DNA of 64,000 nucleotides, taken from NCBI GenBank assembly GCA_965242695.1, contig CBDESU010000002.1, positions 1,568,001-1,632,000 on the forward strand. The letters are read 5' to 3'. Positions 20,931 to 30,936 of the stretch are shown here, one piece after another (the stretch's first letter is position 1; each line of letters starts with the position of its first letter). Origin of the DNA: Cenarchaeum sp. (lineage in GTDB: Archaea; Thermoproteota; Nitrososphaeria; Nitrososphaerales; Nitrosopumilaceae). Below the pieces are notes generated by a model. That model was not told the DNA's origin. It did no database searches and was given only the letters and a program-made list of their open reading frames with translations. Position numbers and translations under genes: made by a program.

Positions 20931-21990
20931 GCTTTGTGTCATAACTATAGGCCAAGGTAAGGCGGCCCTTGCCCAGGTAGGCTCGCGTGTCGCTTTGACC
21001 CCTACCCAATCCCCTTCTTCGTCTTGGCCGTCGTTGCCTTATTCGTCTTGGCTGGTACCTTTACGACCCTGCCGCCTTTTCTCCTACAGCACCCCTTGCT
21101 GCCCGCCCATCCTTCGTTGACGACCACCCGGATCGGCGTGTAGCCTTTGGCCAGTGCATCGTCGTTCATGTGGTTGTAAAGGCCTACCTTCAGGAGCAGC
21201 TCCTGCTCCATGCTTGCCGGCGTTCGCGCCTTGATCTCGTCGCCGATCACCCTTTTGAATCCACTAAACCATGCCTCGACAAGCAGACGCATGGTGTATT
21301 CCATCAGTATCTACCATGCGAGTCTGTGCTCGTCCCTCTCCTCGCCCGACATCGCATCAAGCTTTGCCTTGTTTTCTGGAGTAATCGAGTCGAGACCGCC
21401 ATTCTGCTTGTAGACTGCCTGCCTGCGTAGCATCTCTCCGTCGATCATGGGTGGGCCGGGGGGCGCTTCCGGCCCTGGCGCTTCCGGCCCGGGCGCTTCC
21501 GGCAAGGCGTTCTTGCGGCCTGGCGAGGCCTTTGACGAGGAGTCGATGCGCACGGGCGTCACGATCTCGCACCCCTCCACGGCCGCAACGGTGTATACAT
21601 CGGCCTTGTCGGCCGCGCCGTCGTAGAGGATCTTGACGGTGTCGGCCGGGCTGATGTTCGGACTGCGCCGCGCCTTGGCCATGCTGCCCTTTGTGAGACG
21701 TCCGATCCTCTTGCTTCCCTCGCCCTGGCCCGGGGACTCTTGGACAGCCACAAACACGGACTCAAAGGCATCCTTGTCGATCATGACGGTAAAGCTGTAC
21801 CGCCTGTAAGAGCAGTTCCCGTACACGGCCTGCCTGTACTCGCCGCGCGAGGTGGCCTTCATGCCGTGCCGTCCCCGATCCAGTTAACGCACATTCTGAT
21901 CGAAGGGTTCCAATGCACGGGCAGCGGCCCTGATAAATGGGCTTGCGGCGGCCCGGATCCGCGCCAGTGCTGGCACGCATTGGGCCGGGG
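20931..21990 (-). mobile_element. Degenerate IS5-family (IS903/ISH1-like) element; transposase pseudogene
   Basis: DDE-type motifs GDGT(G)MK..RGEY (frameshift near 21863), ILYDGAAD and W*ILMEYTMRLLVEAWFSGFKRVIG..IKAR...QEL (in-frame TAG at 21311-21313). GCTTTGTGTCATAAC at 20931 resembles IS903-type ends; the other end was not found. Confidence 0.7.
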
Positions 21991-22246
21991 CGACAGGGAG
22001 GGATGCGGGCCGGGCGGGGTGGAGTAGGGAAGCGAAGCGCGCTCTGCACGCAGCCGGCAGGCGGCGCCGGCCCGTGGCGGTGGCAGGCGGCCCGTGCGCC
22101 GGGCCTGCGCCTGGCGGCCCGTGCGCCGCCGCTTTTTGCGCGCGGCGGGGACGGTGCTTGCGCCGGATGCCAAGGGCGCCCCTTGCACGCGGCGCCGGCC
22201 CGGCCTCCGCAACTTCTTAAATATTCGCGGCGCCGGCGCCGATGCG

Positions 22247-24799
22247 TTGTCCGGCGCGCGCACGGCGGCAGTTGCGGCCGCCGCGGTCCTTGCGGTTGCG
22301 GCCGCGGCCTGGGCCGGCCCAACGGCCGCGCACGCGGCAGCGCACGGGGAGCCGCCCGCCGTCGCGATCGGCGCGCAGTGGGAGATCGTCGATGCGGTCG
22401 TAGCGGCCGGGGCCGACGCAAGGGGGCGCGACGGGACGGTCGTAATAGCGGGGACGACGGACCGCCCGGGCGAGCCTGTACTTGTCACGGCCCGCTCCCC
22501 CGACGGATACGTAGTGGACAGGAGGACCGCGGGGGCGTCGCCCCTGGACGGATCGCTCCTGGCCGAGGTGCCGACGGGCGGGCCTGGATGGGCAGCCGAC
22601 GGGCTGTACACGGTGACGCTGTACCAGGGGGCCGCCGGCCGGCAGGAGCCGTACGTCGATATCGTCCCCGTCGCGATGTCCGGCGGCCTGGCCGCGCCGA
22701 ACCCCGAGCTGTCCGGCGCGCCGCTGCCGGCGGCGGCGGCGGCGTACGCCGAGCCGCGCGTGCTGAACCTGCGGTGGTCCATGATCGAAGAGGTCGTGCT
22801 CGCGCCGGGAGGCGGCCGGGCCGGCGGCGATGCGGTGGGGCTGTCGGGCACAGCGCCGGACGGGCGCGACTCTGTCACGGTCCGCGTCGTGGCGCCGACC
22901 GGCCTCGAGATGGCATCCTTTGCGGCCGATGCCGGCGGCCCCCTGGGCGAGTTTAGCGTGTCGCTCGAGACCGACGGGAGCGCGTGGTCGCAGGATGGAA
23001 AGTACCGGATTACGGTCGACGGCGGCCTGCGGGGCTCTTCGCCCGACCTGCTCCTAGTCGACGTGTTTGACGGCTCGGTCGTCATTGCCGCGTCCGCATC
23101 GGCGGCAGCGGCGGATCCCCGCGGCGAGGGGGGCGCCGGCTACGATCCGGGGGGCGCCAGGGAGGGGGCCCTGATCGAAAAGAGGTGGGATCTCATCGAT
23201 GCCGTCGCGGTGTCCGGCCAGGGCGGGCAGGGGCAGCGCGTTGTAATCGCCGGATCGACCGACCTGCCGGGCGTTCCTGTGTCCGTGCGCATCCTCGATC
23301 CGAACGGCCGGCAGGCGCACGGCTCGGCCGTCCTGCCCGACGCCGGCACGGGGCGGTTCGTCCTGGAACTGCCGGCCGCCGGCGATGCGTGGTCGGTGGA
23401 CGGGACGTACTCGGCGGGGATCGAGCAGCGCGACGCCCTCACGGGGAAGGTGCGCTACAGCGACCTGCTCGGGCTGGAGGTGCACGGCGGGGCCGTCGCG
23501 GCGCAGCCGAGGCTGCCGGCGTCGCTGCTGCCGCCGGACGTCGCCGCAGCGTACGGGGATGCGCTGCTTGTGGCGCTAGAGTATGCAGTCGTCGAGGAGG
23601 TGCGGGCCGAGTCGCCGGCGGGCGGCGGGCAGGGCCGGTACGCCGAGATCGCCGTGTACGGGAGGACGTTCGACAGGCCGGGCCCCGTCTCCGTCGCCGT
23701 CGAGGCGCCCGACGGGTCTGCCGCCCAGCCCTCGCTCGCCGAGCCCGGCCCCGACGGCCGCTTCGAGGCGCGCGTGCAGGTGTCGGGCGAGTTCTGGTCG
23801 GCCGACGGCGGGTACGTTGTCACGGTAACGCAGGGGAATGGCGAGCGGTTCGTCGACATTGCGGTCGTCGACGTGCGGGACGGCGCCGTGCAAGCCGGGC
23901 GTCCGCCGGCCGCCGCGGCCGCCGCGGGGCCCGACGGGGGGCAGCCGCCCGCATCCTCGCGCATCATGAACATCGGCGAGAGGTGGAAGATCATCGATGC
24001 CATAGTGCTGGCCGAGGATTCGGACGCCACGCAGTCGATCGTCATCGTCGGCACGACGGACGTCATGGACAGGGCCGTGCAGGCGGCGATCGAGGCGCCG
24101 GGCGGCGAGGGCACGGTAGTGGCCCTGCGCGAGGCCATGCCGGACGGGTCGGGCGCGGTGGTGATAGAGGTGCCCGTCGGCGGCGATGCGTGGGGCGAGC
24201 CGCGCCCTGCCGACGGGACGTATGCGCTGACGGTAGGCCAGCCGGGGACGCGGTACCTGGACGGGTACCCTCTGTACGTCCTCGGCGGGCGCGTCGCCGC
24301 GCCGGCCGAGTTTGGCGGCGCGCCGCTGCCGCCTGCCGCCGACTCTTACGAGTCGGCGCGCCTGCTCGATGCGGCGTGGTCGCTTGTCACGCGCGCCGAC
24401 GTCGTCGTGTCCGGCGGCGCCGGCATGCCCGTCGTCGTCGTGCAGGGCGAGACGGACCACCCAAAGGTGCCCGTCGCGGTGCGCGCCGTGGCGCCCGGCG
24501 GGTCCGTCGTGCACGACGCGCCGGTCGCCCCGCGCGCCGACGGCTCGTTCGAGGCGAGGATAGACGCGTCCGGCGCCGAGTGGTCGGGCGACGGCGCGTA
24601 CCGCATTACGGTCGGGCAGGGGTTCGGCTCCGTGCCGCCCGACCTTGTCCTGGTAGAGGTCGTCGACGGGGCGGTCGTCCCCGAGTTCGGGGCCCTTGCC
24701 GCCGTCGCGCTGGCAGCGGCCGTCGCGGCGGCCGTGGCGGGCGCCATTGTCGCGGCGCCGCACCTGGGGCTGGCCTGGCCGCGCCCGACGAGCGCCTGA
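22247..24799 (+). CDS. PEFG-CTERM sorting-domain surface protein with six repeated Ig-like domains
   Basis: Signal peptide, repeated (V/I)xGxTD...W..DG.Y.V domains, and C-terminal VVPEFG plus TM helix. Confidence 0.8.
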   Translation: MSGARTAAVAAAAVLAVAAAAWAGPTAAHAAAHGEPPAVAIGAQWEIVDAVVAAGADARGRDGTVVIAGTTDRPGEPVLVTARSPDGYVVDRRTAGASPLDGSLLAEVPTGGPGWAADGLYTVTLYQGAAGRQEPYVDIVPVAMSGGLAAPNPELSGAPLPAAAAAYAEPRVLNLRWSMIEEVVLAPGGGRAGGDAVGLSGTAPDGRDSVTVRVVAPTGLEMASFAADAGGPLGEFSVSLETDGSAWSQDGKYRITVDGGLRGSSPDLLLVDVFDGSVVIAASASAAAADPRGEGGAGYDPGGAREGALIEKRWDLIDAVAVSGQGGQGQRVVIAGSTDLPGVPVSVRILDPNGRQAHGSAVLPDAGTGRFVLELPAAGDAWSVDGTYSAGIEQRDALTGKVRYSDLLGLEVHGGAVAAQPRLPASLLPPDVAAAYGDALLVALEYAVVEEVRAESPAGGGQGRYAEIAVYGRTFDRPGPVSVAVEAPDGSAAQPSLAEPGPDGRFEARVQVSGEFWSADGGYVVTVTQGNGERFVDIAVVDVRDGAVQAGRPPAAAAAAGPDGGQPPASSRIMNIGERWKIIDAIVLAEDSDATQSIVIVGTTDVMDRAVQAAIEAPGGEGTVVALREAMPDGSGAVVIEVPVGGDAWGEPRPADGTYALTVGQPGTRYLDGYPLYVLGGRVAAPAEFGGAPLPPAADSYESARLLDAAWSLVTRADVVVSGGAGMPVVVVQGETDHPKVPVAVRAVAPGGSVVHDAPVAPRADGSFEARIDASGAEWSGDGAYRITVGQGFGSVPPDLVLVEVVDGAVVPEFGALAAVALAAAVAAAVAGAIVAAPHLGLAWPRPTSA

Positions 24800-24866
24800 G
24801 GGTTCGGGGCGGGCGGCCGCCGCGCCTAAAAAGCAGGCTTGCATATGGCCCCCGGTCACGGGGGCC

Positions 24867-25313
24867 ATGGGAGATCGCGCGTTCTGCCTCGGGACGGTCA
24901 TCGAGTCGACGCATGCTGCAGCCTGCGAGGCCGAGCCGTCGACCGGCGCCGAGCGCGCCGTGCCGCAGGCCCTGATCGGGGCGATGCGGCGCCTGTGCAG
25001 GATGCATGGCAGGGCGCTGGCCGCGGCTGTCCTGCCGCCAGATCCCGGCGCGGTCTCCTTCCGCGGCAACCGTCCGGAGCCGGGCTGGGACGCGCCTGGG
25101 CGCCCCGCGTACGCGGATGCGACGCCCCCGCTGATCAGCGACCTGTACTACTGCCTGGCCGAGTACTGCAGGAGCCGCAGCCTGGCCGTGGATCCGTGCA
25201 GCCTTCCGCTCTCCAAGAGGCTGAGCGAGGATTCAAGGGCGGCCGTGATAGAGGCGCTTACAAGGGGCGGCCCATTCTACAGCGACACGGTTCGATCACC
25301 GTGCGGCAGCTGA
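24867..25313 (+). CDS. Hypothetical protein directly upstream of a PIN gene (possible antitoxin)
   Basis: Coding-like 148 aa overlapping the PIN start; inverted repeat TGGCCCCC-N6-GGGGGCCA at 24846-24867 reaches the start codon. Confidence 0.5.
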   Translation: MGDRAFCLGTVIESTHAAACEAEPSTGAERAVPQALIGAMRRLCRMHGRALAAAVLPPDPGAVSFRGNRPEPGWDAPGRPAYADATPPLISDLYYCLAEYCRSRSLAVDPCSLPLSKRLSEDSRAAVIEALTRGGPFYSDTVRSPCGS

Positions 25314-25906
25314 CGCCGGAGCCCCCGGGCGACGCCTCGGCGACGCAGGCGTCCCTGGATGCCAACGCAGTGATCTACTACATCCGGGAGTGCGTGCTGC
25401 ACGACAGCGGCATGCCGCCGACCGGCCGCAGGGCAGCTGCGCTGAGAGCGCGCCTGGCGCGGATGCGCAACGTCATCGTTTTCGAAACGGCGGCAGGCGA
25501 GGATCGGCGCAACCTGAAAAAAGATCTGGTGCAGAAGCTGGGCCGCCCGGATGCCTACCGAGTAGAGCACCGCGCGCATGAACTGCTCGAGAAATACCTT
25601 GACGTGACGGAATGCGATGGCGAGCTGGCGCACGTCCATGCCGCGCAGTAGATGTATGGCGCAATAAGCTCAGATCCGGGCAACCGCAGGCATGCCAAAT
25701 GGAAGGAGAAAAAGGGAATGCTCGTAGTCGATCCCGTGCTCGGATCCGACATCAACGACCTCAAAACACTGTCGACTGCGGCGCACTATGCGCGGCAATG
25801 CCGTGTAGAGCTGTGGACGCGCGACATGGACTTTGCCATGTTCGCCGCCGAGATCTACGCGACGTTCGGGGTGAGGGTAGTCGACGCCTACCGGCTCGGC
25901 CGGTGA
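25301..25906 (+). pseudogene. PIN-domain protein interrupted by in-frame TAG (25649-25651)
   Basis: SLDANAVIYY...FETAAGE...(stop)...DINDLKTLSTA...LWTRDMDF; both halves are in the same frame. Confidence 0.7.
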
Positions 25907-26299
25907 TTCCGGGATGCGACTGCATCCCTGTCCGGGACGCGCAGCCGGTCGTCGACACCTACCTACGGCCGATGGTTCCGGCCGGCACTGGGCCTCCGGA
26001 TGGCAGACTGCGAGGGTGCGGCGACAGGCGGGCGGGGCGGCGCAGGGGGCCGCCCGCCGTCCATGCGCGGGCATGCGCCCGCACTGCCCGCGCCTTGCGC
26101 AGCCGCGGCCCGGTGCGCAGGTGGGCGCCCGCCGCGGCATGCGAGCCGGCCGGCGGTTCAGCCGCCGTCAGGGACACGGGGGCCGCGCCTGCCCTGCCGA
26201 CCCGACGGACGCCCTCCCCGGCGGGCGCACCGCCTGCCCACTCCGCCCCCGCCGCCAGCCCTGGCTAGATCTTATATGCCCGCCCCCGCCCCGCGCGGC

Positions 26300-26422
26300 G
26301 TGGGCCTCAAGACAAAGGTGTTCGTTGTCGGGCCGCTGGCCGCCTTTGCCGCCGTCGTCTTTGGGTTTGCCGTCTACAACACGGTCTGCAAGAACGCGCA
26401 CGTCAACCTGCTCAACTGCTGA
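26300..26422 (+). CDS. Small 40-aa single-TM membrane protein
   Basis: CTTATAT box at 26271, 29 nt before GTG; MGLKTKVFVVGPLAAFAAVVFGFAVYNTVCKNAHVNLLNC. Confidence 0.6.
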   Translation: MGLKTKVFVVGPLAAFAAVVFGFAVYNTVCKNAHVNLLNC

Positions 26423-26471
26423 TCCGCGCGGCCCCGAGCACGTATAAGCGGGCGCCGCGCAGGCGCCCTGT

Positions 26472-26575
26472 GCCGGGGTCGCCTAGCCTGGTATGGCGCG
26501 CGCTTGGAAGCCGCATGCGGCCGCACAGCGCGTTCCCTCGCGGGAACGGGAGTTCGAATCTCCCTCCCGGCGCCA
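26472..26575 (+). tRNA. tRNA-Ser(GGA) with 17-nt intron (26510-26526) and encoded CCA
   Basis: Acceptor GCCGGGG/TCCCGGC, anticodon stem CGCGC/GCGCG, GGA at 26506-26508, long variable arm TTCCC-TCGC-GGGAA, T-loop TTCGAAT, G discriminator; TATAAG at 26443. Confidence 0.9.
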
Positions 26576-26661
26576 CTATCCCGCCTGCGGGGCCGGCCGC
26601 CGCCCGGCGTGCCGCCCCGTGCCGCCCACCGGTTAATTAGATCGCCGCGTGCGGCCGCAAC

Positions 26662-28029
26662 ATGGCCGGGCGGTACGATGCGGCGATCGTCGGCGGCGGC
26701 GTGCTCGGCACGTCCGTCTCGTACTGGCTCAGCGAGCTGTACGACGCCCGCATCTGCGTCCTCGAGCGCGAGCCCGACGTGGCGATGCACACGAGCGGGC
26801 GCAACACGGGGGTCGTCCACTCGCCGTTCTACCTGGACCCCGACGCAAAGGCCGTGCTGGCCCGGGCCGCGCTCGCCTCGCACGGCATGTGGGAGTCGCT
26901 GTGCCGCGCGCGCGGCATCCCGTGGTCGCCGGTCGGGACGATCGAGGTGGCCACCGACGCGCGGCAGGCCGCCTCCCTCGGCCGGTACGAGCGGTGGGCC
27001 ACGCGCAACGGCATGCCGGACGGCTCGGTCGAGCTGCTAGACGGGCGCGACGTGGCGAGGCTAGAGCCCAACGTGCGGTGCCACTCGGCCCTGCGGTGCA
27101 CGAGCGACGCCTCGACGGACTATGCGGCGCTGACCCGGGCCGTGCGCGATGCGGCCGCGGCCAACGGCGTAGAGTTCCTGACGGGGCGGGCGGCCGAGCC
27201 GGCCGGCGGCCGGCGGGGCGCCGGCGCCTCCCTGCTGCTCGCGGCGGGGGCGGGCGGCGGCAAGCCCGGCGCGGCCGACGGCGCGATCGACGCGGCCCTC
27301 GTCGTCAACTGCGCCGGCGGCAGGTCGCTTGCGCTAGCCCAGGCGTTCGGACTGGCGGACGGATACGCCGCGCTCCACTTTCGCGGCGAGTACTGGACCG
27401 CGGCGCCCGGCCGCGCGGATCTGGTCGGCACGAACGTCTACTCGGTCGCGCGCCGGCCCGAGTTTCCGTTCCTCGACCCGCACTGGATACGGCGCGCCGA
27501 CGGCAGGGCCGAGATCGGGCCAAACGCCGTCCCCGTCCCCGCTCCCGACGCGTACGGAACGCCTGCCGTCGGGCCGGCCGCCGCGGCCGCCGCGGCCAGG
27601 TCCCTCTCGTCGCGCGCCGTCCGGCGCCTGTTCTCGAGCGCATCGTTCGTCTCGCTCGTCTCGGGCGAGCTGCTCAGCTCGCTCTCAAAGTCGGCGATGG
27701 TCGGGCGCGTCCGCCGGTTCATCCCGTCAGTCCGCCCGTCGTATTTTGCATCGCGCGGGACCGCGGGGATCCGGACGCCGGTCGTCTCGCCCGACGGCAG
27801 GTTCGTGCCGGATGTAATGGAGCTGGCAGGCGAGTCGTCGTTCCACGTCGTAAACTACAACTCGCCCGGCGCGACAGGAGCGCCGGCGTACTCTGCCCAT
27901 GCGGTGGCCGCGATGCGCTGCGCGGGGCTGCTCGACCACATGCGGGGGCGCGAGCGCGGCTCGGCCGGGCTCGCCGGCCCGCCGCGCCGGCTCGGCTGGG
28001 ACTTTGGCGATGCGGCCGGCCCCCAATGA
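26662..28029 (+). CDS. FAD-dependent oxidoreductase, L-2-hydroxyglutarate oxidase-like
   Basis: IVGGGVLG, HTSGRNTGVVH, VVNCAG, FRGEY, IGPNA, NSPGATG motifs. Confidence 0.85.
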   Translation: MAGRYDAAIVGGGVLGTSVSYWLSELYDARICVLEREPDVAMHTSGRNTGVVHSPFYLDPDAKAVLARAALASHGMWESLCRARGIPWSPVGTIEVATDARQAASLGRYERWATRNGMPDGSVELLDGRDVARLEPNVRCHSALRCTSDASTDYAALTRAVRDAAAANGVEFLTGRAAEPAGGRRGAGASLLLAAGAGGGKPGAADGAIDAALVVNCAGGRSLALAQAFGLADGYAALHFRGEYWTAAPGRADLVGTNVYSVARRPEFPFLDPHWIRRADGRAEIGPNAVPVPAPDAYGTPAVGPAAAAAAARSLSSRAVRRLFSSASFVSLVSGELLSSLSKSAMVGRVRRFIPSVRPSYFASRGTAGIRTPVVSPDGRFVPDVMELAGESSFHVVNYNSPGATGAPAYSAHAVAAMRCAGLLDHMRGRERGSAGLAGPPRRLGWDFGDAAGPQ

Positions 28030-28057
28030 TTATATCGCCGCCTGCCGGCCGCGCGGC

Positions 28058-28378
28058 ATGCTCCCGGACAGGTGCTCGCTCGGCGAGGGCGGGCGGCGGT
28101 GCCCGAGCCCGCCCGAGTACGTCGTCTCGATCGTGGCCGGCGACGGCGAGTACATGGTCGGGGTCGCGTGCGGCAGGCACTCTGGCGAGGTGGCCGCAAG
28201 GGCCCGCGCGGCGCAGGCTGGCGGAGGCGCGCCGGCCGGCAGCGTGCGCCTCTCGCCGGTCAGGCCGGTCGGGACGGACTGCATACGCGGCTCGTGCGAC
28301 GACGACGGCGCGGCCGCCGCCCCTATAGTCCCCTCTCCCGCCCCCACTGCCGCCGATGCCCGCCGTGCACCCCGCTAG
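28058..28378 (+). CDS. Small Cys-rich conserved thaumarchaeal protein (possible Zn binding)
   Basis: TTATAT at 28030; MLPDRCS...CPSPPEYVVSI...EYMVGVACGRH...VGTDCI. Confidence 0.65.
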   Translation: MLPDRCSLGEGGRRCPSPPEYVVSIVAGDGEYMVGVACGRHSGEVAARARAAQAGGGAPAGSVRLSPVRPVGTDCIRGSCDDDGAAAAPIVPSPAPTAADARRAPR

Positions 28379-28588
28379 CCGCCGCGCATCCGGCGCGCGG
28401 ATGCCGGAGGCCGCCGCCGCGCGCAGCTCCCTGCCCGCCCCGATCGCCGCCTGGAGGGAAGGGATGGGGTGGGGATGGGGATGGAGATGGAGATGGGGGT
28501 GTGGCGCAACCCCTCCGGCATCCGCATCGGCATCCCTGACGGGCAGACGCGAGACTATAATAGGCGGCTTTTTGGGCGGCGGACGGAA

Positions 28589-30160
28589 ATGTCGGGGAAG
28601 AAGGCACCCGTAGGCGGCGCGTTGCGCGCCGGCCGAGGCGCCGGCATCCTGGCCGTTGCGGCCGTGCTGTCGATCGCCTCCTTGGCGGGGGCGGGCATGC
28701 TGTTGCACGGCGCGCTGCCCGCGGCAGATGCCCAGTCCGCCGACGCAGAGCAGCGCATGCTCACGACGATCACCGCGCTGCCGTCGCACACGAACACGGC
28801 CAACCTGCTTGCTGCCGACGACGACGGCGACGGCACTGGCGACGGCGACGGCACTGGCGACGGCCCTGCCGTAGTAGCACCCGTAGTCGTCGCGGCGCCG
28901 GCACCTGCGTTCAGCGCCGGCGGAGGCGGCGGCGGGGGCGGTGGAGGCGGCGGCGGCGGCTCGGCGGCCGGCACCGCTGTCGGCACTGACGCCGTGGTCT
29001 ATTCTGTCAGCTGGGACTGCGACGAGGGGTACACGCGCATAGTAATGTCCGAGGGGACGGGGTACGACGTGCAGGTCGTCTCGGCCCAGGGCAGGATGTC
29101 TGCCGTGGAGGCGGCAGAGCAGAACCTAGAGGGCCGGACCGTCTTTGAGGCCGACTATGTAGAGGGCCTCTTGTCGCTGAGGGCGTTTGTGGTCGACGGG
29201 CGCTCGGTGCAGAGCGTCTCAAAGACCGTCCAGACGGGCGAGTCGTGCGCCGGCGAGCGCGTCTTTGCGGTGTACGGCGCCGAGGCGGCGCCCGATGCGG
29301 ATGCCCCCTCGGCGCCCGCGGGCGACCGGGATGCCGGGATTGCGCCGTTCGTCGACCCTCTCAAGGATCCGCTGTCGTACGTGGAGCGCTACGCGACCGA
29401 CGAAGAGTACCGCGAGTGGTTTGAGGATACGCATGCGGCCGAGTACGGGACGATCTGCGCGGCGGTCGGGCTAGCCGACGGCTGCGTCGAGCAGTACATG
29501 GAGATGGCATCTGCGCTAGAGGAGGAAGGGGATGCGGGCATGGATGCCGATTCGGCGCCGGCGCCCGGGGACGCGGGCGCGGACGACCGGCCGGCGCCGC
29601 CTCCGATGCCAGACGGCGATGACACGGCGGCCGGCGATGCGGGTGGCGCAATGGGAGACGATGCCGCCGAGCCGCCTGGCGGCGCGGACACTGGGGACCA
29701 GGCGGCATTCGACGATGCGGCCGCCGGCGACAACGGCGGATGCCTGATTGCAACGGCCGCCTACGGGACCGAGCTGGCCCCGCAGGTGCAGGCGCTCCGC
29801 GAGGTGCGCAATGCGGCGCTGCTAGAGAGCGCGTCGGGAGCGGCGTTCATGTCTGGCTTTGACGCCGCGTACTATGCGTTTTCGCCGGCCGTGGCCGACC
29901 TGGAGCGCGAGCACCCCGCGTTCCGCGCCGCCGTCGCGATGCTCGTCGCCCCGATGGTCGCGACGCTGTCCGTCCTGATGCCGATGGCCGACGGCGGATC
30001 CGAGGCGTCGGTGCTACTGTACGGGATTGCATCGATTGCGGCCGTGGCCGGCATGTACGTGGCCGCGCCGGCCTACGCGGCGCACCGCGTGCGCCTGGCG
30101 CTTGCGGCGCGGCGCTGCGGCGGAGGCCGAGCCGGCCCCGCCGGCGCGACGAGGGCCTGA
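28589..30160 (+). CDS. CFI-box-CTERM surface protein
   Basis: Signal peptide, poly-Gly and acidic linkers, GGCLIATAAYGTELAPQVQALREVRN...YYAFSPAVAD, C-terminal TM helices. Confidence 0.85.
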   Translation: MSGKKAPVGGALRAGRGAGILAVAAVLSIASLAGAGMLLHGALPAADAQSADAEQRMLTTITALPSHTNTANLLAADDDGDGTGDGDGTGDGPAVVAPVVVAAPAPAFSAGGGGGGGGGGGGGGSAAGTAVGTDAVVYSVSWDCDEGYTRIVMSEGTGYDVQVVSAQGRMSAVEAAEQNLEGRTVFEADYVEGLLSLRAFVVDGRSVQSVSKTVQTGESCAGERVFAVYGAEAAPDADAPSAPAGDRDAGIAPFVDPLKDPLSYVERYATDEEYREWFEDTHAAEYGTICAAVGLADGCVEQYMEMASALEEEGDAGMDADSAPAPGDAGADDRPAPPPMPDGDDTAAGDAGGAMGDDAAEPPGGADTGDQAAFDDAAAGDNGGCLIATAAYGTELAPQVQALREVRNAALLESASGAAFMSGFDAAYYAFSPAVADLEREHPAFRAAVAMLVAPMVATLSVLMPMADGGSEASVLLYGIASIAAVAGMYVAAPAYAAHRVRLALAARRCGGGRAGPAGATRA

Positions 30161-30186
30161 TTCGCGGGAATGCGGGGGCGCGGGCA

Positions 30187-30936
30187 ATGCCTGGCACCGA
30201 CAGCGGCGGCCCCGCCGGCGCCGAGATCACGATCGAGCAGATGTACCGGATCGAGAACGCCGGCCACGACATGGGGTTTCCAAAAAAGTTCATGATGGAG
30301 AATGCGGGCGCGGCCGTGGCCCGGCGCACTGTCGAGGAGCTGGGCGGCTCGGCCGCGGGGAAGAGCGTGCTGGTCCTTGCCGGCCCCGGGAACAACGGCG
30401 GCGACGGCCTGGTCGCCGCGCGGCACCTGGCGGGGCGAGGCGCCGACGTGACGGCGGTGCTCCTGCTCGGAAGAAGCGGTCGCATCAAGACCGAGGAGTG
30501 CTCTTGGAACTGGTCGCTACTCGGCCGCATGCCGTCGGTGCGCACGGCCACGGTGTCCGCCGCTGCCGCGCCGGGCCCCTCGGCGGCCCTTGCGGACGCC
30601 TCGCCTCGGTCCCCCGACGCCATGGTCGATGCGATATTCGGCACGGGCCTGTCGGGGCCGGTGGCCGAGCCGTTCGCGTCCGCGATTGCCATGATCAACG
30701 CCAGGTCGTGCCGAGCCGTCGCCGTCGACTCGCCCTCGGGGCTGGACTACTCGGCCGGCAATGCGGGTGGCGGCGCCGGCGGCGGAGGAGGAGGGCAGCC
30801 GTGCGCAAGGGTCGATGCGACCGTGACGTTCCACCGCGCCAGGTCGGGCCTGTCGGCCCATGCCGACCTGACCGGCATCCTCCATGTCGAGCCGATCGGC
30901 ATACCGCCAGAGGCGGAGCGGGGCGTGCTGGATTGA
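30187..30936 (+). CDS. nnrE: NAD(P)H-hydrate epimerase (YjeF N-terminal domain)
   Basis: MMENAG, GPGNNGGDG, VDAIFGTG, AVDSPSG, TVTF, IGIP. Confidence 0.9.
   Translation: MPGTDSGGPAGAEITIEQMYRIENAGHDMGFPKKFMMENAGAAVARRTVEELGGSAAGKSVLVLAGPGNNGGDGLVAARHLAGRGADVTAVLLLGRSGRIKTEECSWNWSLLGRMPSVRTATVSAAAAPGPSAALADASPRSPDAMVDAIFGTGLSGPVAEPFASAIAMINARSCRAVAVDSPSGLDYSAGNAGGGAGGGGGGQPCARVDATVTFHRARSGLSAHADLTGILHVEPIGIPPEAERGVLD

Noticed and set aside
21311-25651. In-frame TAG codons (transposase 21311, PIN 25649) as pyrrolysine recoding
   Set aside because: TAG ends many intact core genes here (nirK, serA, glmS, rps13), no pyl genes are seen, and the transposase has other lesions.
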